Under the pieces are notes generated by a model. It was not told the DNA's origin, made no database searches, and saw only the letters and a program-made list of their open reading frames with translations. A stretch of 64,000 bases of DNA from Eledone cirrhosa. Taxonomy: Eukaryota. The stretch is taken from assembly GCA_964016885.1 (NCBI GenBank), contig OZ024742.1, positions 197,284,001 through 197,348,000 on the forward strand. Direction: 5' to 3'. Shown in pieces: positions 41,132 to 53,505 of the stretch. Position numbers and translations under genes: made by a program. Numbering within the stretch: the stretch's first letter is position 1; every line of letters starts with the position of its first letter.

Positions 41132-41590
41132 GGGCGGAAGAACTCATAAGAGTCAACGGCCATCCAAAAATGTGTAATTATGTATATACATGTGTACATA
41201 TGTATATACATATTTGTATATATGTGCATATATGTGTGTGCATGTATGCATATATGTGCGGGGGGGGGGGGGATATAGAAATAATCGGGCTGGATACCCG
41301 ATCGCGCGGTTAAACCACTGGGAGGGAAGGACCCCTAGCCTTTGTCAGGGCATTCTTCTAGGAGAAAGCAACTCAGGAAACTGAGATAACTCCGGCATAA
41401 AACCTGCGGCTCAGTAGTTACCGATGATATTGATCTTTTCTTCTTTTCAGGTTATAGCTCTACTGTCGCTCAAAGAGTGGGATTGGCTCAGTGCGAAGTC
41501 TTTCCTTACTTAAAAAAAAAATCTTCACGCACAGGCATTGCACGATGGATACTCGATAACGAGGGCGCAGCCATCATGTATGTATGTATG
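41130..41590 (+). mobile_element. Truncated copy of the GCAGCCATCAT-(GTAT)n retroposon
   Basis: AAGAGTCAACGGCCATCCAAAA, CCTAGCCTTTGTCA, CTAGGAGAA, AAGAGTGGGA, GCACAGGCATTGC shared with 38050-38300. Confidence 0.7.
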
Positions 41591-41907
41591 TTCTTCTGGT
41601 TTTATAATTTCACAAATCTTTTTTGCGGTTTCTAACATAGATACAAGACTCTCTCATTGGAATTTACACAACATGAACTAGGTAGATATGTATGCATGTC
41701 TGCATGTGTAGATATGGATGTTATTCTTGTAATTTTCTAACTAGTTGTGTTCTTTCTGTTCCTGTGAAGCCTAGCATCTCAAGATTTGTATTGAGGCAGT
41801 TACTAACATATCCCAGTGTCCCAATAATCACAGGCATAAATCTGAAGGTATATTCAGGGTGGAGTATCTGTTGATTTCTCATTAGTTCTCCTTTTCGCTA
41901 TGTATAC

Positions 41908-42024
41908 TTTCCTTATGCATATTAACGGCTGAGCAGCCTAATTTGCATATCGAGTGAGTTAGTCGGCCGGGCGTTATGGAAAAAATGAAATTAGGCTGCT
42001 CAGCCGTTAATATGCATAAGGAAA
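41908..42024. repeat. 37-bp perfect inverted repeat upstream of a hammerhead
   Basis: TTTCCTTATGCATATTAACGGCTGAGCAGCCTAATTT / AAATTAGGCTGCTCAGCCGTTAATATGCATAAGGAAA. Confidence 0.9.
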
Positions 42025-42065
42025 ATATATACTTTCAAACGTTCAATCACCTGACAGGAAGGTAT

Positions 42066-42108
42066 ACGGTGCTGATGACAGCTAATAAGCTAGAAACTAG
42101 TTCGTCGT
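42066..42108 (+). ncRNA. Type I hammerhead ribozyme
   Basis: ACGGTG-CTGATGA-C-AGCT-AATA-AGCT-A-GAAA-CTAG-TT-CGTCGT; palindromic stem III ACTAGT; stem I has G-U wobbles. Confidence 0.65.
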
Positions 42109-42859
42109 TCCTTTGTCAGTGTTGAACAAAATGGCAACGATGGTTGCCGAACACTGTAAGGCTAATAATTCGGGCTGTTTGTTTACAAACAAACCGAGCA
42201 TTATAATAAATGTTCGGTAAACCCATAGTACATATATGCATATGTCTGTGTATACATATAATTGTGTCTGTGTTTACATGTATGTGTGAGTAAATGTGTA
42301 CATGTAAGTGTGTATGTGTTTACATGTATGTATGAGTATATGTGAACATGTAAGTGTGTGTGTATGAATTTGCATGTATGTGTGAGTAAATGTGTACATG
42401 TAAGTGTGTATGTGTTTACATGTATGTATGAGTATATGTGAACATGTAAGTGTGTGTGTATGAATTTACATGTATGTGTGAGTAAATGTGTACATGTAAG
42501 TGTGTATGTGTTTACATGTATGTGTGAGTGTATGTGTACATGTACGCGTATGTATATGTATTATTCGGGGCCGAAGAGAAAGGGAAAGCAGAAGGGGAAC
42601 ACTGGAAGTATAAATGGAGCATGTAACTTGGTGTGTTATAACTAACATCAGGAATCTCCATCTTGAATACAGTGACTGTGTGTATTGACCTAGAAATAAC
42701 TTTCACTTTGATTAGATTTAGATATGTAATGGCTGTGAAAACATAAGCCACACTTCGTATCTAAAGAAATGAGAGATTTTATTCATTTGAAATCGTGTAA
42801 ACTATTCGATATTTTCTTGTTAATTTTGTGCGCCACCACAACGTAATTTTTACCTATTT

Positions 42860-43545
42860 GCACCTGTCCTACTGCTAATTTGGAAATGGCTCTTACCTGT
42901 CCTACTACTAATGTCACGGTGATTCATACCTGTATTACTGATAATTTGGGGACAGTCCGTACCTGTGTCAGTACCTATATGTCCTATTATTAATTTGGGG
43001 ACAGTCCTACATGTCCTATTATTAATTTGGGGACAGTCCTACATGTCCTATTATTAATTTGGGGACAGTCCTACATGTCCTATTATTAATTTGGGGACAG
43101 TCCGTACCTGTGTCAGTACCTATATGTCCTATTATTAATTTGGGGACAGTCCTACATGTCCTATTATTAATTTGGGGACAGTCCGTACCTGTGCCAGTAC
43201 CTACATGTAATATTATTAATTTGAGGACAGTCCGTGCCTGTGTTACTATTAATTAGGGGACAGTTCGTACTTTTGTTACTGCTAATTAGGGGACAGTCCG
43301 TACCTGAGTTACTGCTAATTAGGGGACAGTCCGAATCTACATGTCCTACTATTAATTTGGGGACAGTACGTACCTGTATTACTACTAATTTGGAGACAGT
43401 AGGTACCTGTGTTACTGCTCATTAGAGGACAGTAGATATCTGTGTTACTGGTAATTAGGGAACATGCCGTATCTACCTAACCTACTATTAATTAGAGCTC
43501 AGTACGTACCTGTGTTACTGAAAATTTGGGGACAGTCCGTACTGC
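42860..43545. repeat. ~32-bp minisatellite GGGGACAGTCCTACATGTCCTATTATTAATTT
   Basis: Direct reading. Confidence 0.9.
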
Positions 43546-43707
43546 TGACCACCACAGTCGAATATCTCATGTCTTATCAAGTTATTGATTTAGGTTCCCT
43601 AGCAACACGAGGAACACGTTTAGCCTCAATATCCTATCTAAACAGTTGTTTAACCCCTTCTGGAGTAATGGAGACTAAATATGTTAATGGGGGGAGTTTA
43701 TGGAAAA

Positions 43708-43788
43708 ATTGGGTCGTCAAGTATGGAATTTGTAGAAATTTGTTTTTGTTCTACAAATTTCTACAAATTTCATACTTGACGACCCAAT
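43708..43788. repeat. Hairpin with ~36-bp arms
   Basis: ATTGGGTCGTCAAGTATG.AATTTGTAGAAATTTGT / ACAAATTTCTACAAATT.CATACTTGACGACCCAAT. Confidence 0.88.
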
Positions 43789-43837
43789 GGCAACTGTAAT
43801 TGGTTGGGGAGTCTATTGTAGTTTATTAAACTGACAT

Positions 43838-44720
43838 TACAGTAAGTGTATGATGATGTGATACAATAAGTGTAGGATCATGTGATATAGTAAGTGTATG
43901 ATCATGTGATCATAGTAAGTGTAGGATCATGTGATATAGTAAGTGTATGGTCATGTGATGTAGTAGGTGTAGGTTCATAGGATATAGTAAGTGTAGGATC
44001 AGGTGATTACAGTAAGTGTAGGATCATGTTATACAGTAAGTGTAGCATCATGTTATACAGTAAGTGTATCATCATCTGATTACAGTAAGTGTAGGGTCCT
44101 GTTATACAGTAAGTGTAGGATCATGTTATATAGTAAGTGTAGTATAATGTTATACGGTAAGTGTAGGATCCTGTTATACAGTAAGTGTAGGATCATGTTA
44201 TATAGTAAGTGTAGGATCATGTTATACAGTAAGTGTAGGATCATATCATACAGTAAGTGTAGGTTTATGTTATACAATAAGTGTAGGATTATGTTATACA
44301 GTGAGTGTATGGTCATGTTATACAGTAAGTGTAGGATCATGCTATACAGTAAGTGTAGGATCATGTTATACAGTAAGTGTAGGATCGTGTTATACGGTAA
44401 GTGTAGGATCATGTTATACATTAAGTGTAGGATCATATGATATAGTAACTGTAGTATAATGTTATATAGTAAGTGTAGGATCATGTTATACAGTAAGTGT
44501 AGGATCATGTTATACAGTAAGTGTGGGATCATGTTATAAAGGCAGTGTATGGTCATGTTATAAAGTAAGTGTAGGATCATGTTATAAAGTAAGTGTAGGA
44601 TCATGTTATACAGTAAGTGTAGGGTCATGTTATACAGTAAGTGTAGGATCATGTGATATAGTAAGTGTAGTATAATGTTATATAGTAAGTGTAGGATCAT
44701 GTGATATAGTAAGTGTAGGT
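43838..44720. repeat. 24-bp minisatellite CAGTAAGTGTAGGATCATGTTATA (~37 copies)
   Basis: Direct reading; 8-aa periodic ORFs. Confidence 0.95.
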
Positions 44721-45285
44721 TGATGTGTGTGTATGTGTGTGAGGGGATATTTTTGTGTGATTGAGTCTTAATCGCCTGTGTTAGTTTATTATTCCTGTGT
44801 GTGTATGTGTGTGCTTATGTGAGTGTATGTGTGTGTATATGTGTGTGTTTTTTTATGTGTATGCATGTGTGTGAGGGGATATTTTTGTGTAACTGTGTCT
44901 TCATTGTCTGTGTTAGTTTATAATTTTGTGTGTGTATGTGTGTGTATGTGTGTGTGTGTGTGTGTGCATATGTATGCATCTGTTATATAGTTGTATATGT
45001 ATGTGCATTTATGATAAAGAAGTGTGGAATGTATATCTATATATGTTTGAGTGAAGGAGGAGAATATCAGAATGTGTGTATGTGTGTATGTGTGTATAAG
45101 TACATACCCCAACTGCTTATACGGGTGTGTCAGTGTATAGGGGTAGTCTAAGTGTGTAAAATGCATACCTAAGTGTGTGTAGAGGTATATTTAAGTGTGT
45201 CTAAGGGTGTAATAATGTTTATAAATATATATACTCAAATTTGTCTTCCTTTCTTTTTTTTCTTATCACTTCTACGTGCCAACAC

Positions 45286-45316
<31 letters not shown>

Positions 45317-45489
45317 CTTCTTCTTCTTCTTCTTCTCCCCCTTCTCTCTCAATCTTCTCTATGTTTCATCTCCCTGTTACTCACCTCACATCTTTGCTTT
45401 TCCCTTTACTGACCACTGGCCACTGATTTCTCACCTTTGACGTGTTTTTATCCAACATACATGTAATTGACGGCATTTGGCTGTTTTAA

Positions 45490-45700
45490 CCCTTTAGCAT
45501 TTACTCTATATTTACTATTGTATTTTCATGGTAAAGGCTTTACCTCACATAACTATCTCACATATTATCAAATCTATGAGATTTTGATGTAATTTGTTTT
45601 GAGAACAATACCTTAACATCAGTATGAGTGGCAAGTTACGGCCAGTTTGAACAGATAGAGAGAATTCTGGCAGAATATGGGCGGTTTAAATTCTAAAGGG
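45490..45700. mobile_element. piggyBac-type MITE
   Basis: TTAA|CCCTTTAGCATT ... AATTCTAAAGGG|TTAA: TTAA TSD and CCC/GGG termini. Confidence 0.75.
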
Positions 45701-45714
45701 TTAACAGTCATTCT

Positions 45715-46300
45715 TATGTTGAATTTTCAAATATATAATTTTATTATAAAATTATGTTTTTAATCTATGTTATAAAATAAATTTACAGACAATAATTCAA
45801 TTCACAGTTGTATAAATATCATTATAAATATTGATAGAAATATGAAAGAAAAAAGAAAAAAAACAGAGAAAAGGATAAAAACAAAACCAACGAACAAAGG
45901 GGGGAGGGTAAAGAAGGGCAGATCTGATTGTAAAGGAAAGTAGGGTAAAGGCCTATAAATGCCATAAATGAGAGAAAAAAGAGGGGGGAAAGCAAGAAGT
46001 ATGAGACTACAGAAGAAAGGGAGGGGAAGGGCAGAGGGTTATAGGCTTTATGCCTGGGGCGGGGTGGTGTTTGAGGTCTGCCCCGCGAACGGGACTGCAA
46101 AGGTATTTCTGCGGACAATAGTCAGTGACACCCGCTGCAACAGCCACCCCACCTCGCGAGGTTTCTTCGTCAGACGAGCTAATGACGATCTGGTTTTATG
46201 GAGAAGCTCGTCTGTATGGGATCCGAGAATGCCTGAGGTTTCGATGGCGACCGATGTGAAGAGTAAGTGGCTGGGGCTGGACAAGCCCCTGTATTCCTAT
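45715..46300 (-). mobile_element. 3' end of CRE-like (REL-endonuclease) LINE with 3' UTR
   Basis: LFTSVAIETSGILG...REVGWLLQRVSLTIVRRN matches the F.P.A.ET.G..G...RE..FL.QR.S.A.QRGN C-terminus of CRE-clade elements; UTR repeated at 48040-48262. Confidence 0.72.
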
Positions 46301-46449
46301 GAATTTGAAATACACTCACGCTTTGTCTCCATTTTCGAGACAACAGTGTTTATTTTTACGTTTGCCTCTCTAAAGTATATATACGAGTATATCTAAATGA
46401 TGTAACATGTGGTGCGGTAAATAAATATATACGTATACACCAGGACGAA

Positions 46450-46760
46450 AACACAAAGGAACCAGACTCCCACTGCCACTGCCTCCGTCTCTCCTGCTTT
46501 CCCTAGCTCTCACTATTATGAGTAAATGGCGGCCCACACGCTGGCCACCCCTCGCTCTCGGCGGACAGAATGGAGAAGACGTTTCCTCAGAGAATGGTGA
46601 GAGAGCCATTCCAGCTCGCCAGGGTCACACACGTGAGTAGCCAAATATGTGCCGATGGTGGTGAGTCAGGATGTGGTCTTAGGGCCATGGACACTAGAAG
46701 TCTCCACTGCTACGGGTTCGACCGCTAACCTGTCGGAGAGCGACCGGTATTTGGAGAGAA
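46450..46760 (-). mobile_element. Second, more diverged CRE-like LINE C-terminal fragment
   Basis: KYRSLSDRLAVEPVAVETSSVHGPKT ... ELEWLSH. Confidence 0.6.
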
Positions 46761-47268
46761 GTATATATATAAAGGGAATATATAAAAGAAACGAAAGAAA
46801 TGAAATGTGAACAGATAGGGAAATAATTAGGAGATGGTTCATACATTTGATGGGTTTTGATAACAATCTCACCCTAAACGTGAGTTTACATATGCATGTG
46901 CATGTGGATTTATCCATGTATACGTGTATATATGTAAATCTAAGTGTGCTTATATGTATATTTATCTATATAGACGTTCCTGAATGTGTACTTTGAAGTA
47001 ACAATGCGTGCTTATAAATGAATAAATCTTATAGACTGATGAAACCTTAATCAAGAGAATTGAAAGTAATTGGCAGATTTGCAATGCTACAAAGGAAAGT
47101 TCTGCTTCCTGATATGAATAAGTGGATAAACTAGCAGGGTGAAATATCCAGACTCACTAATGTATACATCCCCTGTCGTAGAAACAGCGAAACATGAAAT
47201 TTAGAAGGTTGTGATGTTCGTTGTCGGCATGTGAGATGTTTGTCAGTAATTGCTTAGTTGAATCTGTT

Positions 47269-47358
<90 letters not shown>

Positions 47359-47379
47359 CGCGTGTGTGTACGCAGATAG

Positions 47380-47431
<52 letters not shown>

Positions 47432-48849
47432 ACACACACACACATATATATATATATAAACATATATATATATAAATATGTGTGTGTTTGTATGTGTGTG
47501 TATGTATACGTGTGTATGTATGTATATATATATAGATATGTATGTGTATATGTGTGTGTCTGCGTGTCTGTGTGTGTATGTATGTGTATGTATGTATGTA
47601 TGTGAGTGTATGTATGTAAATACCTTAAGTAACCTCACCAGCAGGAACGCCAATAACTAGAATCTATTAGTGTAGCCTCACATGGAACCGTTTATACTAA
47701 CGTTAGACAAACAGTCATGGTTGTTGACCCGTGAAGCAATGAGATTAATCAGAATAAATAGAGAAAAAATATAGAGGATGGATCCCTAAGAGAAAGAAAT
47801 ATTTATCTTAGGCGTCAACGAAACTGAGAATTTAAACACAGAAACACGTTTAATGGCGTTCAGTTATAGCTTTATTATATTCTTGTTGATTAATACAGAT
47901 TGTAGACCAATTTTTAATTAATTCTCTATGAATAAATTATGTTGTATATATAATACCTGGTGTATATATAATATCTGTTGTATATATAATATATGTTGTA
48001 TATATAATACCTGTATTAATATAAATTACTGATTCGAAAAATATGATAATTTATTTTTCATATATATTTTTTATTTAATCAATTATATATAAACATATTA
48101 TGTCAACTATATTTTACAAAAAGAAGTTGTACAGTGATGGAAATATGAGAAAAAAAGATAAAATAAAATTAAGTAATGAAAAGAGTGGGGAAGGGGTAAA
48201 GAAGGGCAGATCTGGCTGTATAGGAAAGTAGAAGAAAGGACTATAAATGCCATAAATGAGAATACTTTTAGTTGTAGGCTGTTCCTGGAAATGTTTTTTT
48301 TTTTATCGTCAGCGTTTTACTGAACTAATTAATATACCTGTAATCATTTTTACTTAGCCAGTAATGTTTTAATATTTCATGTGTAAAAGTTAATTAATTG
48401 TACCCATAATGAATGCATTTGTAGACGTGGAAAATATTTCTAAATATTTTTGGAAAACTTTCTTTAGAAAAAGAGAGATGATTTGTTGATTCTTGCTGTG
48501 TAAACAAACTAATAAAAGGGATGGAATTCACACATAAAGGAAATATACAACATATGTTGATAATTCTGTTTGTTGGGATAAATAGAATATGTAGAACAAA
48601 AGCCTGGAAGAAGCTAAGCCCCAACCTACTTCTAATTCCTCAAAATATATGTCGTACTCCTTTAAGCCTATCCCCGAAGAGTTAAGATATTTCTGCCTAC
48701 ACATTTCGCTAACCCTTCCCTAAATATGTACACAGAATATGGCTCTTCCTGGTGCGACGTTGTCCTAAAATAGCATCACACATGATACATTGCTAATATT
48801 CAAAACAACTTGTCTACATTTTGTTTTGCCTTCAGATGTGTCCTCTGAA

Positions 48850-49545
48850 TTTGTTTCTAATCTAGGCACAAGGCCAACAATTCGTGGGGAGGGGAAGTCA
48901 GTTACATCGACATCAGTTCGTGTGACTAGAACTTTGTTTTATCTACCCCAGAAGAATGAAAGGTAAAATTGATCTCGGTGAGATTTGAACTCAGAACATA
49001 AGGAGCCGTAACTAAATGTTGCGAAGTATTTAGTCTGTCGCTCTTCCGATTCTGCCATTCAACCGTTTTTGTGTCCTTTATAATGATTGTTAGACAAATA
49101 GAAGAACTAGCTATTCTATTATTATACTGGTTCCGAAGGGCAATGGATTGGCAGTATCGATAGAGCATCGGAAAGCATGCTTTACGACATAGAGTTACAT
49201 CCCTTTACGTTCTGAGTCCAAATCCCGCGGAGGTTAGATTTGCCTTTCATCCTTACGGAATCAATAAAATAAAGTACCAATAACGTACTTGGGGCGATTT
49301 AATAAACTTTCCCCTCCCACCAGACTTGTTGACTATGTGCCTAAATCAGAAACCATTGGATTGGCAGTATCGATAGAGGGTCCGACGCCATGCTTTGACG
49401 CATAGAGTTACGCCCCTTGCCATTCTGAGTTCAAATCGCGCCGAGGTTAACTTTGCCTTTCATCCTTACGGGGTCGATAAAATAAAGTACCAGTAATGTA
49501 CTGGGTAATTGCTGGCCTTGTGCCAAAAGTAGAAACAATTATTAT
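48850..49545. mobile_element. SINE cluster: 48850-49065 (-), 49138-49355 (+), 49357-49545 (+, young)
   Basis: Nin/Deu core and tRNA-like heads. Confidence 0.82.
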
Positions 49546-49884
49546 TGTTGTTGCGAGGAAAGGTATTTGTTACCAAGTTGAAAACCGATATTTTCTGTGG
49601 GTGTTTTCAGGGTTATATCGTGTCTCAGAAGAGGGCGATATTACCAATGTAATCAACACAGGAGCTTAATATAATTCATTATTCCATCAGTAGAAATTGG
49701 CACTAATCTAGATATTTCAACCCATTAAATATTCTATGTTGGAAATTCCATTGCGGTTCTCTGATCTGTAAATAAACAAATTTTATATATGGAACAATAT
49801 ACCTGTGGATCACGCATTGTTACATGACAAAATAATCTCGTGCCATTGTCCTACTCAAAAATGGCTAACCTAGTGTTGTACAAG

Positions 49885-50070
49885 AAAAACTACAGACCTG
49901 CCTACCTCTAAAAACCCAAACGGGGAGTACCATGAAAAAAACGAGGATAAATGAGGCAAAATGGGGAGATTTTACATAATGAAAGTTGTACCCATTCTCG
50001 CCAGAGAAGACATCTCTCACCCACTCCAAAGTGAGTGGGAGATCTCCCCGTCCGACGGGCAGAGTTGACA
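49885..50070. mobile_element. Single TIR arm of the MITE family at 24270-24797
   Basis: CCTCTAAAAACCCAAACG.GGAGTACCATGAAAAAAA...CCGTCCGACGGGCAGAGTTGACA. Confidence 0.7.
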
Positions 50071-50784
50071 GGTCTGGAACACAGTTTGACGCCATGATAC
50101 TAACACGTCAGAAGACAGTCTACAATCTAAAGAATGTTAATTGTATCTACAAAGAAATAAAGACTCCATGTTTATACAACTGTTCGAACTACAGATATAT
50201 AAATGTCTTGCTGCAGTGAGATCCCTTGATGTAGTCATTCTTATAACTTACGATTATTTTTTATATTTAATTTTATACTTTTTTCCTTAATTAACTAAAG
50301 CTTAACAAACCATATTTTATTTACTTAGAGGTAAATGACCGTTGTAATATTAGTATTATTATTAGTAGCAGTTTATTTATTATCTTTCCCGAATGTGTAG
50401 AGCCCGCAGGTTTCCGGCGGAAATGGTATTATCTGCTTTTTGTAAGATTTGCACTGTATTTAAGAACTATGCATAGAAAGAGTTGAGTGAAAACCTCAGA
50501 TAAACCAAATAACATGAGTTTGTAAAAAGATATTTAGTAAGTGTGTATATTAGCGTCTGTCTTTCTTCTTTTTTTTTTTACTATACAAGCAATTATTTTC
50601 GCTAAAATTTGTTTTGAGTGTTTAGGATTAAAATATTTTGAATTCTGATTAAACCAACTGACCGGTGTACATCATTAAACCTAAAATTAATATTAGTATT
50701 TTAAATATGTTATGAATGTTAAATTTTCATGTAAACCTCTGGCTAAGTATATATTTGTTTTGAATATCATAATTGTATTAAAGC

Positions 50785-50985
50785 CAGTGTATTGGCAATA
50801 TCGATAGAGTGTCGGGAAAAATGCTTTTTTTTTTACGTTCGGAGTTCAAATCCCGCTCAGGGAAACTTTGTCTTCCATCACTTTGGGGTCAAAAATGTAA
50901 TGCAACAGTTAACTCCTAGGGTTGGTTTAATCGATTTTTACGTTTTCCAGATTTGCTGACCTTGTGCCTAAATTAGAAATTAATA
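50785..50985 (+). mobile_element. Diverged Nin/Deu-core SINE
   Basis: GAGTTCAAATCCCGC...CCTTGTGCCTAAATTAGAAATT. Confidence 0.65.
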
Positions 50986-51587
50986 TTATACAGGGGCGGT
51001 GGAAGAATTTCTGAATTTGTGGGGGCAAATTTTGACAATATAGTTGTAGTGATTGGTTTAGCTCTAAAATGCCCAGAAAACTACGATATGCGATAAACAT
51101 AACATTGTACATAAATTGTAGCGCATATCAAAATAGATGTGGGATTTGGTAGTTTGGGGAGAAAAATATAATTATTGGAGGGGGGGGGGGGGCTCTTAGT
51201 ATTTCTATAACTCTAAGTTATGGAGAACTAAATCACCTGTTATATATAGTGACCAACGCAGCTTCCTCTGGTTTTTGTGTGCTTTAATTTTTTTTATTAT
51301 TTATTTATCTTTTTATATTATTATTTTCCTTTTAATTTATTATTATATGTTTTAACTATCGTTATATGCTTTATATGTTTATGTGCGCCCTCACATGCTT
51401 CCGCCTCTTGTGAAAAAATCTGCCTGTACCCTCTTATGTAGCTGTAATGTTGAATAACAACCCCATTATGCATTCACTCCATACTCCCCATTTCCGATCT
51501 CCCTCTTGTTACCCTCTAATGTATTCCTAATGTCCATGTGACTAAGCTTGGTAGAGATTATACTCAGCACTGTATTTTTGTTTATAA

Positions 51588-51634
51588 AGCTCTGATGATT
51601 CCTGCCCCATGGTATGGATGAAACATTGTCAACA
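51588..51634 (+). ncRNA. Hammerhead-like motif with weak stem I
   Basis: GCT-CTGATGA-TTCCTGCC-CCAT-GGTATGGAT-GAAA-CATTG-TC-AAC, followed by AATAAA. Confidence 0.5.
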
Positions 51635-51676
51635 AATAAAAATTGTATGAGTATGTAGGCGTTCTTTGATTTCTTT

Positions 51677-51737
<61 letters not shown>

Positions 51738-51745
<8 letters not shown>

Positions 51746-52256
51746 TGCAAACTCTGCTAAGAGTATTGCAATCGCTTGTCAGATTATAGAGTTTGGTGCA
51801 CTTTTAGGCTACGGCCAGCCACACGAACCTGTAACATATCCTGAACAACCAATGCCTGTACTTCGAGGGTTTTTTAAGTGGGGAAAGGCCTTGCAATCGA
51901 CCAATCCCACTTTCTGAACATCGAAAACACTACCCGAAAAGGAGAACTGGTCAACATCATCGGATGCTTCTGAAGCCGCAGGTTTTTTTTCAGAGTTTCC
52001 CTCTCCTAGAAAGGTGTTATGATAACAACTGGGGGCCTTTCACTCCCAAGTAAAAAAAGAAAAACTAAAAAAAAAGACTATTTGGATTGCCGTTGACTCT
52101 GCGGAGTTCCTTTGCCCTTCGCCGGCTCTTGTATTTCATCCCACAGGGTCCAAATATCACCCTCCTCGCCAAGCTAGCTTGGTGGGGTTGCCGGTTTAGT
52201 CGCCAACTACCCGACCATGGGACAGGTTGTACTGGGTTACATTTTACCAGTAGCAC
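51738..52256 (-). mobile_element. GCAGCCATCAT-ended retroposon copy
   Basis: Reverse complement GTGCTACTGGTAAAATGTAACCCAGTACAACCTGTCCCATGGTCGGG matches 37915-37961. Confidence 0.75.
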
Positions 52257-52268
52257 TCGAGAGTGACC

Positions 52269-52324
<56 letters not shown>

Positions 52325-52844
52325 TATATATATATATATATACATTCATTTATTATGGCTATTGATGAGCTTTGTTACTCCAAAGTTTCCCCTGCGCACA
52401 CACAGGATCACCAATCTTGTCTGGTGATTACACAGGTGAGAATCCAGAATAATAAGGCTTAGCCATAATAAATGCATATTTAAATTCTACTTCGGTATCG
52501 AGTTTTCTTTCTTATATCTGTCAATAATTCACGTATTCTCAGGGCTTGAGTAATCGTGTCCACCCCGTTTATTAATTTGTCAGATTTTTTCTACACCCAC
52601 TTCACTCCGGTTTATATTCCACCGCCTCTATCTCTTGCGAAATTTTATTGTAAGTGATTCATATTTATACAGCAGCTGGAGAATCTAATAATAATTTTAT
52701 TTACATTAAAAAAACATTATATATGACAAAAGAACATTACAAGAAATCCCATATTTACAAACGTACACTATACAATTATTGATTTCCCAAGCCCCTCCCC
52801 CATTATGGCCACCCCTCTTATTATTTGGGACCCGGGAGTGCCAC

Positions 52845-53305
52845 TAAACTCTCCTCCTCTATATGTCTGACATACAAAACTCTCTTTTAATCCCCCTCTC
52901 TATATCTATTAAAACCAAACTCTACCTCTCTATATATCTACCACGACACGGCCTCTCTTATCCCACTCTCTATATCTAAGACTAATACACTCTCTCGCTC
53001 TACCCTTCTGTATATCAATCACCCGTAAACTCTCACCCTCTCTATATTTACTACACGGCAACCTCCCATTATTCCTCTCTGTATATCTACAACTACCAAA
53101 TTATCCCCCTCTCTATTTCATTTAACAGCAAACTCTCCCTCTCTGAATATCTACTACACAGAACTCTCTTCCAATCCCCCTCTCTATATCTACCATACAA
53201 CACTCCCTCTCGTTCTCTTTCACTTTCTCCATCACTACCAAACTCTCCCCCTCTGTATATCTACCATATAACACTCTCTCCCAATCCCCCTCTCTATATC
53301 AATTA
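52845..53305. repeat. Degenerate pyrimidine-rich minisatellite (AACTCTC..CCCTCTCTATATCTAC), left part
   Basis: Continues at 59009-59376 on the far side of the LINE. Confidence 0.85.
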
Positions 53306-53505
53306 CCACTTGATATAGACGTGATTTACTTTGCTCCGGATTTTTACGGATTATTGTCCAAAAAACTGTGAGTTTATTGCTCAATTTAATAGCATTGTTT
53401 AGTTTAACCACTTGCCTGGGCCGTCAGACGTTGAGTCAACTAATTTTCGCCCCTTTCTGGGGCGAAATTTTCAATTTTCATCTCAAAACTGTAGACTTGG
53501 TGGCA

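Noticed and set aside
44003-44700. CRIMLYSK / MILHLLYN repeat proteins
   Set aside because: 24-bp minisatellite translation with scattered stops
47035-47075. Other CTGATGA/CTGAAGA hits (7347, 23234, 47036, 61220) as hammerheads
   Set aside because: No convincing stem II, GAAA and stem I arrangement
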